From: a virus
DNA length: 64,000 bases
Direction: 5' to 3' (one strand)
Virus record (IMG/VR): IMGVR_UViG_3300031963_000016
Location: 64,001-128,000 of that record
Shown: positions 1-10,700 of the stretch, one piece after another
Numbering within the stretch: the first letter of the stretch is position 1
Layout: every line of letters starts with the position of its first letter
Notes under the pieces: model-generated
Database searches by the model: none
Seen by the model: the letters and a program-made list of their open reading frames with translations, nothing else
What the model was told of the DNA's origin: nothing
Translations under genes and position numbers: made by a program

Positions 1-1
1 T

Positions 2-2338
2 CCAACTATACCTCCTCCAAAATCTACGTCAAATCCATCAAAAGCATCTGCTGGTATAAAAGCATTAATTGCTGCTTGTGATAAAGTTGGATTAACAACT
101 AAAGAACAAAAATGTGCATTATTGGGTATTGCAGGTGGAGAAACTGGATGGATCCCACAGTTAGAATCTTATAACTATTCTCCCCAAAGATTAAAACAAA
201 TATATTCTTTTGCGACAGAAGCAGATATTCAAAAATATTCAAATGCTGCAAAAAAAGGTATGACAAGAGAAGAGTTTTTCTCTTGGGCATATGGACCAAC
301 TAAACGTGGTAAAAATTTCTTAGGTAACCAAACAGATGCAGATGGTGGAAAATATTTTGGTCGTGGATTTATTCAATTAACAGGTAAGGCTAACTATCAG
401 CGTTATCAAAATCTTGCTAATGCTACAGGGTTATCTCTTGATATCGTTAATAATCCAGATTCATTAGATAACGATATTAATGTATCTGCATTAGTAGCTG
501 CTCTTTATATTAAGGACAGAACTCCAGCTGGTGTTAATCCAAAATCAAATCCAGATTACTTTTATGCTGCAAAAAATGCAGTTGGAGTAAACTCTCCAGA
601 TATAGCAGCTAGAAAGTTATCATATTATGAATATTTTTATGGTTATAAAGCATCTGGTTCAGTAGAAAAAGATGCTGGTGCTCCATTACCAGAACCACCA
701 CGAGATCCTGCTGCTGCTGCAAAACCTGGTCCATCTGAAAAGAGTAAAACTACTGGATCCAATACAATTGGATTTAGAGATCCAAATAACAAGTATCCTT
801 TAAATGAATATTTAAATGAGCCAGATACAAATCGTTTAGCACGTGGTATAATTGAAGGCACTATTATTAAAAAGAAAGATGCTAGTCGAAAATTAACTAT
901 ACCAAAAGCAATTAGAAATGGAAAGTGGGATCAACCGCTTTCTACATATGGTGCAAAATACCCACTTAATCGTGTTTATGAAACAGAGTCTGGTCATATA
1001 CAAGAATTTGATGACACTCCTGGACAAGAGAGAATTCATACATATCATCGCTCTGGAACATTTACAGAAATAGATCCACAAGGAACTCAAGTTAATTATA
1101 TTGTTGGTGATAATTTTGTTATAATGGAAAGAAATGGTTGCATTAGTGTCAACGGAGAATGTAATATAACAGTTGAGGGTAATACTAATATATTTGCTAG
1201 ATCTGATGCTAATATACAAGTTTCTAATAATGCAAGCATTGAGGTGGGCAACAATGTTGAAATGAGAGTGTTTAATGATATTGATGTTGTAGCTGGAAGA
1301 AATATCAACTACAAAGCAGTTGGTGATTTTAATTTACAAGCACAAAATATTAACATCCAAACGCTACAAAACTTTAATCTTTTAGTTGGAGATGCAACTA
1401 AAATTACATCTTCAAATACTATGGATTTGAAGAGTGGCGGAGTTTTACAGGTTGATTATTCTGCTGGTTATTTTGGTAGTGGCGCAACATCTGCCTCTGT
1501 AGAAGACATACAACTAACTGCTCCTGAAAAGGGGCAACCAATTAACCCTGTAGTTCCATTTTTGATTCCTCCTGAAAGATCTGTTGAAGATAAAGCAGTC
1601 GCTGAAACACCAGAAGACTCTGACACACCAGAAGGAAGACTACATAAAAATGAACAAATTAAAAAAGATGGTGATACTGCAGTTGTTCCAACTCCACCTG
1701 TAGTAGTAGAATCTGCTCCAACTACTGGCGGAAAAGATATTAAAGTTCCTGTAAACTGTCAAGAAATATATGCAACTAAATCATATAGCGATGACTATAG
1801 AATGTCTAAAAACTTTACACTTGGAATGTTAATATCAGGTGGTGTTAACGGAAAACATAGACTTGTTGACCAGATGTTAAGTGTTTCTAAAAACTCAGCA
1901 CCAAGATTGTATACTGTTCAAGAAATATTATGTAATCTAGCAACTACCACGCAGAATATACTTGAACCACTTTTAGAAGTATTCCCAGGTGGCATAGGTG
2001 GATATAAGAGATTATGGACTATTACTTCTGGATATAGATTGAAAGGAATAACCCCTAATGAATCTCCTGTCTCTAGTCACTGTAAAGGTCTAGCATTTGA
2101 TTTAGCAATTATTGGACAAAATAAACCACAAGATCATTATGATTTTATACGTAAAGCAGAACCTGTAATACCGTATGATCAACTTATTTTAGAATATCAA
2201 TATGCTAATGTGGTGTGGGTACATGTTGGATATGATTTAAAAACTAGAAGAAAACAAGCATTTACTATGGTAAATCACAAGTTTGAGGGTATTAATGGAT
2301 TTAAATTGTTAAATGAGATTCCAAGACCGAGCAAATAA
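2..2338 (+). CDS. gp5: Baseplate hub/tail spike gp5 with GH19 lysozyme, beta-helix and C-terminal M15A peptidase (5' end lies outside the window)
   Basis: Frame is open from base 2, so the listed start at 122 is internal. GH19 motifs GETG and YFGRGFIQLTGKANY; gp5 motif YETESGHIQEFDDTPGQERIHTYHRSGTFTEI followed by beta-helix repeats; M15A motifs ITSGYR, SHCKGLAFD, WVHVGY. Directly upstream of PAAR and gp25. Confidence 0.9.
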   Translation, partial: PTIPPPKSTSNPSKASAGIKALIAACDKVGLTTKEQKCALLGIAGGETGWIPQLESYNYSPQRLKQIYSFATEADIQKYSNAAKKGMTREEFFSWAYGPTKRGKNFLGNQTDADGGKYFGRGFIQLTGKANYQRYQNLANATGLSLDIVNNPDSLDNDINVSALVAALYIKDRTPAGVNPKSNPDYFYAAKNAVGVNSPDIAARKLSYYEYFYGYKASGSVEKDAGAPLPEPPRDPAAAAKPGPSEKSKTTGSNTIGFRDPNNKYPLNEYLNEPDTNRLARGIIEGTIIKKKDASRKLTIPKAIRNGKWDQPLSTYGAKYPLNRVYETESGHIQEFDDTPGQERIHTYHRSGTFTEIDPQGTQVNYIVGDNFVIMERNGCISVNGECNITVEGNTNIFARSDANIQVSNNASIEVGNNVEMRVFNDIDVVAGRNINYKAVGDFNLQAQNINIQTLQNFNLLVGDATKITSSNTMDLKSGGVLQVDYSAGYFGSGATSASVEDIQLTAPEKGQPINPVVPFLIPPERSVEDKAVAETPEDSDTPEGRLHKNEQIKKDGDTAVVPTPPVVVESAPTTGGKDIKVPVNCQEIYATKSYSDDYRMSKNFTLGMLISGGVNGKHRLVDQMLSVSKNSAPRLYTVQEILCNLATTTQNILEPLLEVFPGGIGGYKRLWTITSGYRLKGITPNESPVSSHCKGLAFDLAIIGQNKPQDHYDFIRKAEPVIPYDQLILEYQYANVVWVHVGYDLKTRRKQAFTMVNHKFEGINGFKLLNEIPRPSK

Positions 2339-2340
2339 AT

Positions 2341-2778
2341 ATGTGGACTCCAGAATTAGAAGAACTTGGTTCTATACAAGAAAATATAAATTTTTCTCAT
2401 GAGATTACTTACGTAGATGAATTAACACTAAATCCATTATCAGTAACTATTACGCCAAATGATGTTAATTCATCAGTAGTTGTTTCTTCTAATATTATAT
2501 CTGGTAAATATACAGATTCTTTTAGTGGGACAGTTTCATTTAGAACAACAGATAATAATTTTAAAACAGTTTCTAAATTTTCGCAAATTAATAAAGCTGA
2601 ACTTTCTCAGATTATTTCTTTTCGACCAAGTGTTCAAGAATATAAAATATATTCATATACTGCTGTAGCAAAAAATGGAAATATAGTTGTATCTACTAAA
2701 AATTATATAAAAACTGTAGTAAATGATTGGGATACAGGAAGACTAACTTTAATAGAATATGTAGGATATACAAGATAA
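2341..2778 (+). CDS. Hypothetical virion protein between gp5 and PAAR
   Basis: 145-aa ORF packed between gp5 and PAAR (TAATG overlap); no motif recognised. Confidence 0.7.
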   Translation: MWTPELEELGSIQENINFSHEITYVDELTLNPLSVTITPNDVNSSVVVSSNIISGKYTDSFSGTVSFRTTDNNFKTVSKFSQINKAELSQIISFRPSVQEYKIYSYTAVAKNGNIVVSTKNYIKTVVNDWDTGRLTLIEYVGYTR

Positions 2779-3083
2779 TGCCTGCAGTAATTAGACTTGG
2801 AGATATGTCAACTGGACATGGATGTTTTCCTCCTACAAACTTAGTAGAGACTCATGTTCAAAAGACTTTTGTTAATAAAATAAAACCAGGCTGTATAACT
2901 GGCGGAGGATCAAAATATGTAACACATTGTTGTGGTCCAACCTGCCATCCTACCTCTAATAGATTTCCTAGTAGCGGAGCTGCTAAAACATATATTGAGG
3001 GAATATTAGCTGCCAGAATAGGGGATCCGATCGCTTGTGGGGATGCTTGTGCAGAAGGTTCTTACAATACGTTTATAGAATAA
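2778..3083 (+). CDS. gp5.4: PAAR-domain spike tip protein (gp5.4-like)
   Basis: Start reassigned to ATG 2778 (MPAVIRLGD). GHGCFPP, HCCGPTCHP and AARIGDPIACGD are PAAR-type motifs with candidate Zn ligands. Confidence 0.9.
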   Translation: MPAVIRLGDMSTGHGCFPPTNLVETHVQKTFVNKIKPGCITGGGSKYVTHCCGPTCHPTSNRFPSSGAAKTYIEGILAARIGDPIACGDACAEGSYNTFIE

Positions 3084-3084
3084 A

Positions 3085-3092
3085 CCTAAATA
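3085..3092 (+). promoter_or_regulatory. T4-type late promoter (CCTAAATA)
   Basis: TAAATA core just upstream of gp25. Confidence 0.6.
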
Positions 3093-3098
3093 ATCAAT

Positions 3099-3491
3099 AT
3101 GGCCAGAAATACTAGAATTTTTTCAGATTTAGACTTTAATTTCACTGCTCACCCAGTGACTAAAGATGTCTCACGTAAATATGATGAAAATGCGATAAAA
3201 CAGTCTCTTAAAAATTTATTATTAACTCGAAATTTTGAAAGACCTTTCCACAGTGAGATAGGTTCTCCTATTAGAACTCTATTATTTGAATCTGTTGGAC
3301 CAATGTTTTCTGTAATGATGAAACGATCTATTATTGATGTTATTAATAATTTTGAACCTAGAGTAGAAGTTATAGATGTTTTAGTCAATGATTACTCTGA
3401 TGCGAATGCAGTTTATGTGACAATAGAATTTAAAATTATTAATACAGAAAGACCAATATCAGTAGAATTTGCACTAGAGAGAACCAGATAA
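3099..3491 (+). CDS. gp25: Baseplate wedge subunit gp25
   Basis: FSDLDFNFTAHPVTKDV, AIKQSLKNLLLT, ERPFHSEIGS, INNFEPRV; synteny. Confidence 0.95.
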   Translation: MARNTRIFSDLDFNFTAHPVTKDVSRKYDENAIKQSLKNLLLTRNFERPFHSEIGSPIRTLLFESVGPMFSVMMKRSIIDVINNFEPRVEVIDVLVNDYSDANAVYVTIEFKIINTERPISVEFALERTR

Positions 3492-5324
3492 ATGGCAAAT
3501 AATAAAAGAATATCAGTATCAGAGTTAGATTTTGATGCGATTAAAAGTAATTTAAAAACATTTTTAGCTGGACAATCTGAATTTCAAGATTACGATTTTG
3601 AAGGTTCAGCTATGTCAATACTCTTAGATCTACTTGCATATAATACGCACTATAATAATATCTATACAAACTTAGCAGTTAACGAGATATTTTTAGATTC
3701 AGCAAGTAAAAGAGTTAACGTAGTATCACTAGCTAAGTCTTTGGGATATACCCCTAATTCTGCTGTTTCAGCAAGAGCAATAGTTGATTTAACTATTATT
3801 TCTCCAACTACACAACCTGCAGTTGTTACTCTTCCTGCTAATCAACCATTTACTACTACTGTTGATGGTAAAACATATACATTTTATAATCGTTCTGCTC
3901 AAACTGTTTCATTAAATACACAAGGTAATTATACATTTACAGATATTGAACTCGTTGAAGGTAGTCCATTAACTTACAGATATACGGTATCTGAGGGACA
4001 AAGATTTATTATTCCAAATTCTAATGCAGATTTGAGTACTTTAGTTGTTAAAGTTCAAGAAAATTCAACTGCTGACAAATTTGATATTTACACAAGAATT
4101 GAAGATTTAGTTATTGCAACAGAAACCACTAAAATATTTTTTATTAAAGAGATTGAAGATAATCAATATGAAATTTATTTTGGTAATAATATAATTGGGA
4201 ATAGATTAGATGTTGGAAATGTAGTAACTTTAGAATATTTTGTTTCTAGTTTAAATGCACCAAATGGAGCATTTGCTTTTAATTATGGTGGTGTTTCTTT
4301 ATTAGGTAGTAACTTGTCTGTAACTACTAAAGAAATAGCTGGCGGTGGTACTGAACCAGAAGACATATCATCTATAAAATTTAATGCTCCAAGAATGTAT
4401 GCTGCTCAAAATAGAGCAGTTACTGCAGAAGATTATAGAGTATTAGTTAAAAATATTTTTCCAGACGCAGAAACTATTATGGTTTGGGGTGGCGAAGATA
4501 ATACACCAAAAATTTATGGTAAAATTTTTATTTGTATTAAACCTTCATCTACATTACAATTAACTAATACTCAAAAAGAATTTGTTGTTTCTGCACTACA
4601 AAAGAAAAATGTAGTATCGATAACACCAGAGATTGTAGACCCAGAGTATTTAAATATTAATCTAGAAACTACAGTATATTATAATGATAGATTAACTTCT
4701 AAGTCGCTGTCGCAAATACAAACATTAGTTAAAGATGCAATATTTGACTATGATGAAACAGAATTACAAAGATTTGACGGAATATTAAGATTTTCTAAAC
4801 TATCATCAATTATAGATTCTGCAGATCCTTCTATTAGTAATAATATTAGTAAACTAACTATAACTAAAACAGTTGAACCTAAATTCAATATAAATGCTCA
4901 ATACGATATAAACATTATCAATCCAATTAGTCAAGCAGGTAATAAATTGGGAGATGTGTTTAAGACAACTGGATTTTACCTCCCAACTAGCACAAATATT
5001 CATTACTTAGATGACGACGCTGCAGGAAATATAAGACTTTATTATTTGGACAATAATTTCGAAAAAGTTATAGTTAATCCAACTATTGGAACTATTAATT
5101 ATTCCGCTGGGACTCTTAATATTAAAAATTTAAATATTGCTGCATTAGCAGATTCTTTATTAGAATTTACTTTTACACCAGATTCTTACGACGTAGTTTC
5201 CGCTCTAAACCAAATTGCTCTAATAGCAAGAGAAAATTTAATTGTTAATGTTGTTGCTGATAAAACAGCTAGTGGCGATTTAGAGGCAGGATTTAATTAC
5301 AAGTTTACTTCAATTAGATCATAA
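3492..5324 (+). CDS. gp6: Baseplate wedge subunit gp6
   Basis: ELDFDAIKSNLKTFL, DYDFEGSAMSILLDLLAYNTHYN, AQNRAVTAEDY; 610 aa. Confidence 0.95.
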   Translation: MANNKRISVSELDFDAIKSNLKTFLAGQSEFQDYDFEGSAMSILLDLLAYNTHYNNIYTNLAVNEIFLDSASKRVNVVSLAKSLGYTPNSAVSARAIVDLTIISPTTQPAVVTLPANQPFTTTVDGKTYTFYNRSAQTVSLNTQGNYTFTDIELVEGSPLTYRYTVSEGQRFIIPNSNADLSTLVVKVQENSTADKFDIYTRIEDLVIATETTKIFFIKEIEDNQYEIYFGNNIIGNRLDVGNVVTLEYFVSSLNAPNGAFAFNYGGVSLLGSNLSVTTKEIAGGGTEPEDISSIKFNAPRMYAAQNRAVTAEDYRVLVKNIFPDAETIMVWGGEDNTPKIYGKIFICIKPSSTLQLTNTQKEFVVSALQKKNVVSITPEIVDPEYLNINLETTVYYNDRLTSKSLSQIQTLVKDAIFDYDETELQRFDGILRFSKLSSIIDSADPSISNNISKLTITKTVEPKFNINAQYDINIINPISQAGNKLGDVFKTTGFYLPTSTNIHYLDDDAAGNIRLYYLDNNFEKVIVNPTIGTINYSAGTLNIKNLNIAALADSLLEFTFTPDSYDVVSALNQIALIARENLIVNVVADKTASGDLEAGFNYKFTSIRS

Positions 5325-7204
5325 TGTCTAGAACTAAATTATTTTCTGTAGTATCAAGACAAATACCTGAATTTGTAAGAGAAGATCATTCAAAATTTGT
5401 AGCATTTATTGAGGCATATTATGAATTTTTACAAAGTCAAGGTGTTACATATAATGAGATTAAAGATGTTGATCTAACTTTAGATAAATTTATTGATGAA
5501 ATTAAAAAAGAATTAGCATATAATATACCTTATATTGTTGAAGATGAAAGATTTTTTCTATCAAAAATAAAAGATCAATATCTAGCAAAAGGTAGTGAAG
5601 CATCATTTAAACTTTTATTTAAACTTTTATTCAATAAAGAGGTAGAATTAACATATCCAGGTAAACAGATGCTTCGTGCATCTGACGGAAGATGGAATCA
5701 AGAAACTTCAATTTTTGCAAAAGTTATTTTTGGTAATCCAGAAGATGTTGTTGGTAAGATAGTTGAAATTCAATCTTTTAATAAAATACTTCGAGTTCAA
5801 GTAGATAAAAAACAAGAAATAACAGGTGAAGTAGAACGTATAGTTAATGTTGGAAATAATGTATATGAATTTTTTATTGATAGAAAATTTTATGGTAGAA
5901 TATTTCCAGGAAATACATTAAAATTAGGAAATACTTTTCAAGCAACAATATTGCCAATAACATCTGTAGTAAAAGTTTCTAAACCAGGAGCAGGATTTAG
6001 AGTAGGACAAGTATTTGAAATAAGAAACACTACAGGAACTGGAACTTTAATTAAAGTTATTCGTGTAGATGAAAATGGTGGCTTAAAACATATTCAGGTT
6101 ATTAAATTTGGAGTAGGTTACTTAGCAAATTTTACTACCTCGTTGCTACCAACTAGTGCAATAACGGCTATTAGCACTACAGCTAGCACCTCATCTACGT
6201 ATAATGTTTCTGTTACTGATTTGGGTGGTGGGAATGAAAATTATTTCTCAAATATTATAGATCCAAAGGTTGTTTTAGATGAACATGGATTTATTTCTAC
6301 TGCAGATTATGTTGTAGCAGAATGGGTGGATCCTTCTTGGGCTGGCACTATTTTAAGAGAGTTTTCTACACAAGCAAAAGATGCTGCTACATCCACACAA
6401 AGTCCAGCAATTATAGAAATTTCTTTAGATGCTATAGCAAGATATCCAGGTTATTATGAGACAAATGATGGATTTTTATCAGATTCTATTTTTATTCAGG
6501 ACAGCAGATATTATCAAGCATTTTCTTATGTAACTAAAATTAGTGAAAGATTAGATAAATATAAGTCTGCAGTTAAAACAATGTTGCATCCTGCTGGAAT
6601 GGAACTTTTTGGTGAATATGAGATAACAGATTATTTCGATTTAACACTTGAAATTGAATCATTAGTTAAATCATTAGCTCTTTCATTTGAAGAATTACCA
6701 ATAGAATTTTCAGATTATAGTTATTGGCATTTTTTCAAAAATGTTACTTATAACAGTCCAGATACTGTTACAATGACAGAGCCAATCACTAATAATCATA
6801 ATAACATACAAATACCAGTTAGTAGAATAACAAGTGTTATAGGAAAGTCTTTAACAGAACCTGTAAGTATAGCAGATGACCCTGCCAAAAATATATTTAA
6901 AACATTTACTGAGACTGTTGAAATATTAGATGCTTTACTTGCAGCACAAGGGGTTATAGTTAACCCAGATGCAGCTTCTCTAACAGAGGTTGTTTCTAGA
7001 AATATTGGTAAATCATTTACTGATTCACAGTTAGTTTATGACGGATATATTATGCTTGACGCAGGCAATGCTAAATATCCAATGATTACTGATATACCAA
7101 TCTTTCAAAATGAAGAAGGTTATGTTGTACTAAATGGATACGAAGAAGGTGGATACTTTTCAGAAGTATATGCCAATGCAAGAGATGCTACTTTTAGTAG
7201 TTAA
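5324..7204 (+). CDS. gp7: Baseplate wedge subunit, gp7-like
   Basis: QIPEFVREDHSKFVAFIEAYYEFL, YLAKGSEASFKLLFKLLF, IQDSRYYQAFSYV, LHPAGMELFGEY; follows gp6. Confidence 0.8.
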   Translation: MSRTKLFSVVSRQIPEFVREDHSKFVAFIEAYYEFLQSQGVTYNEIKDVDLTLDKFIDEIKKELAYNIPYIVEDERFFLSKIKDQYLAKGSEASFKLLFKLLFNKEVELTYPGKQMLRASDGRWNQETSIFAKVIFGNPEDVVGKIVEIQSFNKILRVQVDKKQEITGEVERIVNVGNNVYEFFIDRKFYGRIFPGNTLKLGNTFQATILPITSVVKVSKPGAGFRVGQVFEIRNTTGTGTLIKVIRVDENGGLKHIQVIKFGVGYLANFTTSLLPTSAITAISTTASTSSTYNVSVTDLGGGNENYFSNIIDPKVVLDEHGFISTADYVVAEWVDPSWAGTILREFSTQAKDAATSTQSPAIIEISLDAIARYPGYYETNDGFLSDSIFIQDSRYYQAFSYVTKISERLDKYKSAVKTMLHPAGMELFGEYEITDYFDLTLEIESLVKSLALSFEELPIEFSDYSYWHFFKNVTYNSPDTVTMTEPITNNHNNIQIPVSRITSVIGKSLTEPVSIADDPAKNIFKTFTETVEILDALLAAQGVIVNPDAASLTEVVSRNIGKSFTDSQLVYDGYIMLDAGNAKYPMITDIPIFQNEEGYVVLNGYEEGGYFSEVYANARDATFSS

Positions 7205-7222
7205 ATAAAAAAGGAGAATTAT

Positions 7223-7681
7223 ATGGATTTACAATCTATTTCTGAAGGAATCAAAGCCACAGGCATGGTTCATATAGTAAAAACTAATGAACATGGTGTG
7301 ATTACTGATGAGCGTAATGTTAAAAACTTAGTAGTTACCACAGGAAAAAACTATATTGCTTCTAAAATGGTAGCAACAACTAACAGCCCAGTTTCTATGA
7401 CTCACATGGGTATTGGTACTGGAAATGCAACACCAGCTATTGGAGATACTGCTTTAGGTGCTCAAACTACTAGACAGGCTCTAACTGGCTCTGCTGTTGC
7501 TAGTAATTCTATCACATATACCGCTACATTCGCAGCTGGCCAAGGTGATGGTGCTATCCAGGAAGCAGGTATTTTTAATGCATCGACTGCTGGAACTATG
7601 CTTTGCCGCACAACATTTCCAGTTGTAAATAAAGGATCTGGTGATACTATTACTATCACTTGGGTTGTTACAGTAAGTTAA
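7223..7681 (+). CDS. Small baseplate/tail structural protein
   Basis: Strong SD AAAGGAG; KNLVVTTGKNYIA, HMGIGTG, EAGIFNASTAGTMLCRT resemble a common phage tail module; lies between gp7 and gp8. Confidence 0.7.
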   Translation: MDLQSISEGIKATGMVHIVKTNEHGVITDERNVKNLVVTTGKNYIASKMVATTNSPVSMTHMGIGTGNATPAIGDTALGAQTTRQALTGSAVASNSITYTATFAAGQGDGAIQEAGIFNASTAGTMLCRTTFPVVNKGSGDTITITWVVTVS

Positions 7682-7700
7682 TATTTAAAGAGGGCATAGA

Positions 7701-10700
7701 ATGCCTCATACAACAGAGCACTCTTATTTAATTAAATCTAAACTCCATAAAGCATTAGCTGAAGGGGTTTATAAAGATATAGTTAATGGGAACTCATCAT
7801 ATTACTATTTTTTAGGTAAAACTTTAAAATGGAATGTTGATGACAATCCACCATATCCAATAGACAGTTATGCATATGAACGTCTAGTTCGTTCTGACAT
7901 TATTACAATGAAAGAAATTAAATCTTCTGACGTTTCATTAGTTGTTAGAAGAATTGATTGGACTAGCGGACAAGTATATGATATGTATGATGATGAATAT
8001 TCGAATGAAATACTTGGTCTTGATTTAGTCAATGGTGGTAGTGGTTATACTTCTATACCAACTATTACTGTTACTGGTGGTGGTGGATCTGGTGCACAAT
8101 TTACAGCCATTATAGACATTGAACAAGGTAAAATAATTGGAACTGATTTAGTTTCAAAAGGAAGTGGTTATACAAGTGTTCCAACAGTAACTATTACTGG
8201 TGGGGGTGGATCTGGTGGAATATTAACTGCAGTGTTAAATACTGCTCCATCTGGATTTAATAGATTAGAAGATTGTAATTTTTATGTAATGACAGATGAC
8301 TTCAATGTTTACAAATGTCTTGATAATAATAACAATTCTCCTTCCACAAGTAAACCAACAGGAACACAAGTTGAACCATTAAAACTTATAGATGGATATA
8401 TTTGGAAATACATGTATAATGTTCCTATTGGTTTAAGAAATAAATTTTTAACTGGGGATCAAATACCAGTTATTTCTGCTCTAACCAATCAGTTTTATAA
8501 TAGTGGTGCTTTAGAAAATATTACTATTATTAGCAAGGGTTCTGGATATAAATCAGCAAACATTGTAGTTTCTGGTGATGGATTCCGAGAGTCAGATCCT
8601 TCTTTTATTCAAAGCGTTGTAGTTAGTCAGGGTGGTAGCAATTATAATGCTCCAACTGTTACGTTTTCAGATCCATTTTCTACATCGTCTCCATTCTTAT
8701 CTGGTGGACAAGTTTATCTTGGACAAAGAATTAGAAATACAAATAGAGATTTTTATGAAGTAGTCGTTCCTGGAACATTGGGTGGTGTTGAACCAACGCA
8801 TAAATTTGGAGTTGTACAAAACAATAGTATTAATGTTGGAGTCTCTTGGGAAGCAAATTTAGTCGTATCATTAAATCAAAAGATTTATGTCTCTGAAAGA
8901 CTTTATAATGTAACTGTGGCAGGAACATTAGGTGCAAGCCCACCAGTTCATACAACAGGAACAGCTGCAAATGGAACAGCGACTCTTGCATATGTTTCTG
9001 CAGTAACAAGAGGAACAGCATCATTAAAATATATTGGAACCACCGCAACAGGAACTGTTAGTAAAAATCTTTCAAATGAAATAACATCTATTAATCTTAT
9101 AGGTGCAGTTAGAGAAATAACGATCACAAATCCTGGTTCTGGATATATTTCACCACCAAATATTATTATATCTGGTGGTGGTGGCACAGGAGCCGAAGCT
9201 GTTGTTAAAATGAATAACGATTCAGTTCTTTATGCTACCGTAACAAATTCTGGCAGTGGATATACATCTGATCCATCTGTAACATTTGGAACAGCATGGA
9301 CTTCTTCTGGTAATGTTAAATTAAATGATCAAATTTATTCATCTAGTAGACTTTATACTGTAACTAGTGTTTCTCAACCTCTTCGTGTTGAAAGTGCTTA
9401 TTATACAAATAAATCTCTTGATATTAGCGCAAGAGATACTGCACCTAATGGATTATTCTTTTCACCAGATGGAACAAAACTATTTGTAGCTGGAGATACT
9501 GGAAATAATATTATTGCTTATGCATTGTCTATTGCATGGGATATTAGCACTGCTACTTTTGTTAATGAGTCTGGAACTTCTGCAGAAACAAATACTAGAG
9601 GTCTTTTCTTTAGTTCAGATGGAACAAAACTCTATGTTACTGGAACATTAAATGACAGTGTTTATCAATATAATTTAACTACTGCTTGGACTCTGCCAGC
9701 AACATTACCAACACCAACTACATTTTCTTTATCAGGACAAGATAGTGCTCCAAATGGTATTGCTTTTAATGACAATGGTACAAAAATGTATATTGTTGGA
9801 GATACTAATAATAGTGTTTATGAATACAATCTAAGTAGCGCATGGGATATCACTAGTGCTGTTTATGGGACATCGTTTAGCGTAGCTACACAAACTACTG
9901 TACCAACAGATATTAGTTTTAGTAGTGATGGAAAGCATATGTTAATTATTGATTCTGGTAGTGATGCAGTATTTCAATATAATTTAAGTACAGCTTATTC
10001 TATTGCAACAGCTAGCTACTCTAACACATTTGAATTAACTGTAGCAGAATCTCTTCCATCTGGTGTTTATTTACAACCAGGTAATAACTATCTCTATACA
10101 GTTGGTACTGGTCAAGATACTGTTTATCAATATCAAATTCCTCAAAAATCTGTATTAGGAACTACTGCGCCATCGCACCAGAGTGGTTCTGCTACCAATG
10201 GAGATGTAACATTAACATATGCTGGTGCTCCTGCTACTGGTGAAGTTATAAGAAGATATGGTGCTGGATACTCTGCTGCTCCAACAATAACAATTACAGA
10301 TACTACTGGTAGTGGTGCTGAATTCTCAGTATTAACTAACCCATCAGAAGCAATCGTATTACCAATTATAGAAAATGAACAGATCATTGGACTAGCAATA
10401 CCAGACCCAGGCATTGGGTATACTACTGCCTCTACACAAGTTATATCGAGTACTGGAAATGGAGCTCAGTTATTACCTAATTTAACTTTAGGCAATATAC
10501 AATCTCTTCAAGCCAATAATGAAATTTTGACTGTACCAGGAACTATTGATGCAATTAAAATAGTGAGTGGGGGCTATAGTTATGGTTCGGCAACTGTTTC
10601 TATTGTTGGAGATGGAACAGGAGCAACTGCAGAAGCAGTAATTGATTTAGCTACAGGCAAAGTTTCTAAGATAAATATAACAAATAGAGGACAAAATTAT

